Part shown: positions 32,745 through 34,832 of the stretch, piece by piece
How the letters are laid out: each line of letters begins with the position of its first letter
Numbering within the stretch: the first letter of the stretch is position 1
DNA from: a virus
Length of the DNA stretch: 34,832 nt
Reading direction: 5' to 3' (one strand)
Virus record (IMG/VR): IMGVR_UViG_3300009497_000003
Location: 1-34,832 of that record
The notes under the pieces: generated by a model
What the model was told of the DNA's origin: nothing
The model's database searches: none
What the model saw: only the letters and a program-made list of their open reading frames with translations
Program-made: the position numbers and the translations under genes

Positions 32745-33106
32745 ATGAATATGTGGCAGTAGCATTTCTCGGTGCAATACTCAGGGAATTAAACCATTTC
32801 AGGAACCACCAGAAGGAGTATAATTCAGGAAAGTCTTGGTTATTTGACCGGTGGGATGATTTAGTCTTTGGACTTGGTGGTGCTTGGGCTTTTGCCTTTT
32901 ATGGGTCCGACCTGTTTGGTTTGATCTCGGATCTTGCAATATGGCTTGAATATGAGTGGTTGTTTATCATTGGGTCTTCTTGGCATCCATTGTGGGCTTT
33001 TTTACTTGGACTCCTTTCCTCTGTGGTAGTCACTTTTTTAATCGATGACCTTTGGCCTTGGATTCAAAAAAAGCTTGGACTTGATAAGAGCGCACCTAAG
33101 GGATGA
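32741..33106 (+). CDS. putative holin (multi-TMD membrane protein, 121 aa)
   Basis: There are several hydrophobic segments (VAVAFLGAIL, LVFGLGGAWAFAFYG, LWAFLLGLLSSVVVTFLI). ATGA coupling links it to the endolysin. Confidence 0.55.
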   Translation: MNEYVAVAFLGAILRELNHFRNHQKEYNSGKSWLFDRWDDLVFGLGGAWAFAFYGSDLFGLISDLAIWLEYEWLFIIGSSWHPLWAFLLGLLSSVVVTFLIDDLWPWIQKKLGLDKSAPKG

Positions 33107-33435
33107 AATTAGTTCACCTGACATTACTCCTTGGATTCTTGTGTTTAGCCTTGTTAGGGGTTATATTTTACCCTTCTGGAGGTCTTTACTTTGAGAAAGG
33201 AGAACTTGAAGGTGAGCGTAATGAGATTTTGTCACAAATTGAAGAGAGAGATAGTCTTTTGCTGGAGAGGTCCAAGTTGATCGATAGTCTTGAAATAAAA
33301 GCAAACCAAAGATTGGTTGATACAATTCGAATAAAACAATACTATGAGAAGAGGTATGAAGTTGTTCGGTCTGCAAACTCTGATACTACTCGTATTGTCC
33401 TTAGGGACATACTCAGTAACTATAGCACAGACTGA
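33103..33435 (+). CDS. i-spanin-like protein (N-terminal TMD plus coiled coil)
   Basis: The N-terminal TMD is LVHLTLLLGFLCLALLGVIFY, followed by a charged helical region. It is the next-to-last gene of the lysis cassette and overlaps the next ORF by 92 nt. Confidence 0.5.
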   Translation: MKLVHLTLLLGFLCLALLGVIFYPSGGLYFEKGELEGERNEILSQIEERDSLLLERSKLIDSLEIKANQRLVDTIRIKQYYEKRYEVVRSANSDTTRIVLRDILSNYSTD

Positions 33436-33757
33436 CACCATTTGCATTTCAATCGATGATGCCAAAAAAGTTTGGCACATGAATGAAAGAATCGGTGAGT
33501 TAGATTCTTTGAATCAAGAATTGAAGGGAGTCATTGGAGACAAGCAAGTGGTCATACTACAAAAGAGTGATCACATCCGGGACCTGTCAAAAAACATTGA
33601 AGATCTGAAGAGAGTAGTCAATACTTGGGAAAAGCAATACGAAATTGAAGTTGACCTGAAAAGGAAGGAAGAAAGAAGAAAGAAGTTCTACAAAGTTGGA
33701 ACCTATGCAGGGGCCGGATTAGTTTCCTACTTGTTATTGAAACCATCGTTTCCTTAA
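33344..33757 (+). CDS. secreted/membrane coiled-coil protein (signal-peptide-like N-terminus, C-terminal TMD), spanin-like
   Basis: The N-terminus MKLFGLQTLILLVLSLGTYSVTIAQ looks like a signal peptide. A coiled coil follows, then the C-terminal hydrophobic segment VGTYAGAGLVSYLLL. The start overlaps the preceding gene in a different frame, as in embedded or overlapped spanin pairs. Confidence 0.5.
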   Translation: MRRGMKLFGLQTLILLVLSLGTYSVTIAQTDTICISIDDAKKVWHMNERIGELDSLNQELKGVIGDKQVVILQKSDHIRDLSKNIEDLKRVVNTWEKQYEIEVDLKRKEERRKKFYKVGTYAGAGLVSYLLLKPSFP

Positions 33758-33771
33758 AAAAAACCCTAATT

Positions 33772-33804
33772 TTTGTACTCAATTTGCAAAAGGGACTATA
33801 TTTG
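33772..33804 (+). promoter_or_regulatory. Bacteroidota-type promoter cassette (copy 7)
   Basis: TTTG at 33772-33775 lies 21 nt upstream of the -7 box TATATTTG (33797-33804). The cassette is TTTGCAAAAGGGACTATATTTG. The leader CACCCGGAACAAACAA precedes the ATG at 33821. Confidence 0.7.
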
Positions 33805-33820
33805 CACCCGGAACAAACAA

Positions 33821-34138
33821 ATGAGTGAATATCAATTTAGGAAAATCAAAAAGGAAATAGCTGAACAGCAAAAGGATGAATTCGGCCATGAGTTCTGCGA
33901 AAGATGCGGAACATCACAAGGTCCATTCGATGTTCACCATATTATCTATAGATCCGAATTGCGACAGGGTAATAGTTCACACCCAGAAGTACACAATCGA
34001 TTGAACCTGATTAAAGTTTGCTCCTTCAGAATAGGTAATTGCCATGAATGGTTTCATGAAGAGAAATCAAGAAGGGATTATTTAGTCGAGGAAAGAAGCT
34101 TAAAACAATTTTATAATTTACAGAAGTATGGCAGATAG
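33821..34138 (+). CDS. HNH endonuclease
   Basis: The sequence is CERCG...FDVHHIIYRS...HNRLNLIKVC....NCHEWFH (CxxC, HH, N, CH..H). The track start at TTG 33773 lies upstream of the promoter box, so the ATG at 33821 was chosen. Confidence 0.8.
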   Translation: MSEYQFRKIKKEIAEQQKDEFGHEFCERCGTSQGPFDVHHIIYRSELRQGNSSHPEVHNRLNLIKVCSFRIGNCHEWFHEEKSRRDYLVEERSLKQFYNLQKYGR

Positions 34139-34340
34139 TGAAGTTCAATTCCCAAAAGGTTTAAGATGCTCAGATGGACCAGAAGGCTCGTTCGTGGACA
34201 TTCAGATCGGAATTAAAAAAAGCGAGTTCATAGACTGGCTAAATACCCAACAAGGCGAGTGGGTAAACTTAGACATCAAAAGATCCAAGGAAGGTAACAA
34301 GCCTTATGCGAGATTAAATACCTACAAGCGAGAATCATGA
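34128..34340 (+). CDS. hypothetical protein (70 aa)
   Basis: ORF track entry. It overlaps the HNH gene end by 11 nt. Confidence 0.55.
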   Translation: MADSEVQFPKGLRCSDGPEGSFVDIQIGIKKSEFIDWLNTQQGEWVNLDIKRSKEGNKPYARLNTYKRES

Positions 34341-34552
34341 GTCAAACAAAGAAAAAAGTAGTCATCGCTATCTGGGACATGGGAGAAATTGAAGTATTTT
34401 CATCTTTGTCAGTATTTGTAAGATTTTATCCTACAATGAAAAGACACCAGATTGAAGCAGCTTGGCGCGAAGGAAATTATAAAGGAAACGGAGTTCTATT
34501 GTTGAGGCAAAAGATATTGCGAAACGAAGATCTTCCGAAATCTGACAACTGA
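34337..34552 (+). CDS. hypothetical protein (71 aa)
   Basis: ORF track entry with ATGA coupling. Terminators follow. Confidence 0.55.
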   Translation: MSQTKKKVVIAIWDMGEIEVFSSLSVFVRFYPTMKRHQIEAAWREGNYKGNGVLLLRQKILRNEDLPKSDN

Positions 34553-34559
34553 GTTTGTT

Positions 34560-34618
34560 GGTCCTCGTCCTGAGGATCGTTTGTTTGTAAGGGGCTTCCA
34601 CTGGAGGTCCCTTTTTTT
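34560..34618 (+). terminator. tandem hairpins / intrinsic terminator closing the HNH unit
   Basis: Hairpin 1 is GGTCCTC-gtcct-GAGGATC (34560-34578), followed by GTTTGTTTG. Hairpin 2 is GGGGCTT...GAGGTCCC (34591-34611), followed by TTTTTTT (34612-34618). Confidence 0.7.
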
Positions 34619-34682
34619 ATTCCCTAAAGACCACGTTCACAGAGTAAAATGCCCTTTTTTTTCAAGAATGTAGTAGGTGGGA

Positions 34683-34703
34683 TTTGAAAATAGCCTATAT
34701 TTG
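34683..34703 (+). promoter_or_regulatory. Bacteroidota-type promoter cassette (copy 1)
   Basis: The sequence is TTTGAAAATAGCCTATATTTG. The -7 box TATATTTG is at 34696-34703. The leader AATTATCAAACAAACAAACAATCAAACA precedes the ATG at 34732 (equivalent to 23). Confidence 0.7.
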
Positions 34704-34709
34704 AATTAT

Positions 34710-34832
34710 CAAACAAACAAACAATCAAACAATGAAGCACAAGTACGAAATAGGACAACGAGTAGTCTATCGAGGAGACTTCGGAATGGGACGAAGAGAA
34801 GAAGTAGTCATCATTGGAATGGGTGAGAAGAA
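34710..34832. repeat. Terminal direct repeat, right copy (identical to 1-123)
   Basis: Exact 123-nt identity with the window start. Confidence 0.95.
34732..34832 (+). CDS. 5' part of the same small ORF as 23-196 (wrap-around duplicate, truncated by window end)
   Basis: Identical sequence to 23-123. Confidence 0.5.
   Translation, partial: MKHKYEIGQRVVYRGDFGMGRREEVVIIGMGEK

Noticed and set aside
1-34832. Lysogeny or mobile-element functions (integrase, repressor, excisionase, transposase, att sites)
   Set aside because: None of the ORF translations shows tyrosine or serine recombinase, CI/Cro-like or transposase motifs. The gene order is that of a strictly lytic, unidirectionally transcribed phage. 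Absence cannot be proven without profile searches of the small ORFs.

Overview
The window is one complete, densely packed tailed dsDNA phage genome with a 34,709 bp unit length. About 56 ORFs are all on the + strand. Nucleotides 1-123 are repeated exactly at 34710-34832, which means either a circularly closed assembly or a short direct terminal repeat.

Gene order:
- Early genes: many small ORFs, a RecT/Bet-type annealing protein, a DUF1376-type replication protein and a C5 cytosine DNA methyltransferase.
- Accessory block: a ParB-like domain protein, a GT-A-like putative glycosyltransferase, a stand-alone RarA/MgsA C-terminal-domain protein and an SDR epimerase/dehydratase.
- HK97-type morphogenesis genes: small and large terminase, portal, prohead protease, major capsid.
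- Neck and tail genes: an 839-aa protein with 150-bp tandem repeats, a 1031-aa tape measure, and large distal tail proteins, one ending in a LamG/ConA-like domain.
- Lysis cassette: an M15-type peptidase endolysin plus membrane proteins.
- A separate HNH endonuclease unit.

I found no integrase, repressor, tRNA, CRISPR array or reverse transcriptase. Intergenic regions carry Bacteroidota-style promoters (TAnnTTTG -7 boxes) inside a strongly conserved cassette. These are followed by CAAACAAACAA-type A/C-rich leaders with no obvious Shine-Dalgarno sequence, so the host is probably a Bacteroidota (Flavobacteriia-like) bacterium.

Most interesting observations:
- The methyltransferase gene contains a 241-codon nested +1-frame ORF that itself translates to methyltransferase-like motifs (PTPTA repeats and a motif IX-like MMGFPTNWT).
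- The ParB-like / GT-like / orphan MgsA_C / SDR block is a candidate DNA or sugar modification module.
- The promoter cassette recurs seven times, and three further -7 boxes sit 4-5 nt upstream of start codons.
- Two distant loci share iteron-like 11-mers.
- The repeats in the 839-aa structural protein have a mosaic pattern of nucleotide identity.

All functional calls come from reading the motifs by eye. No database search was run.
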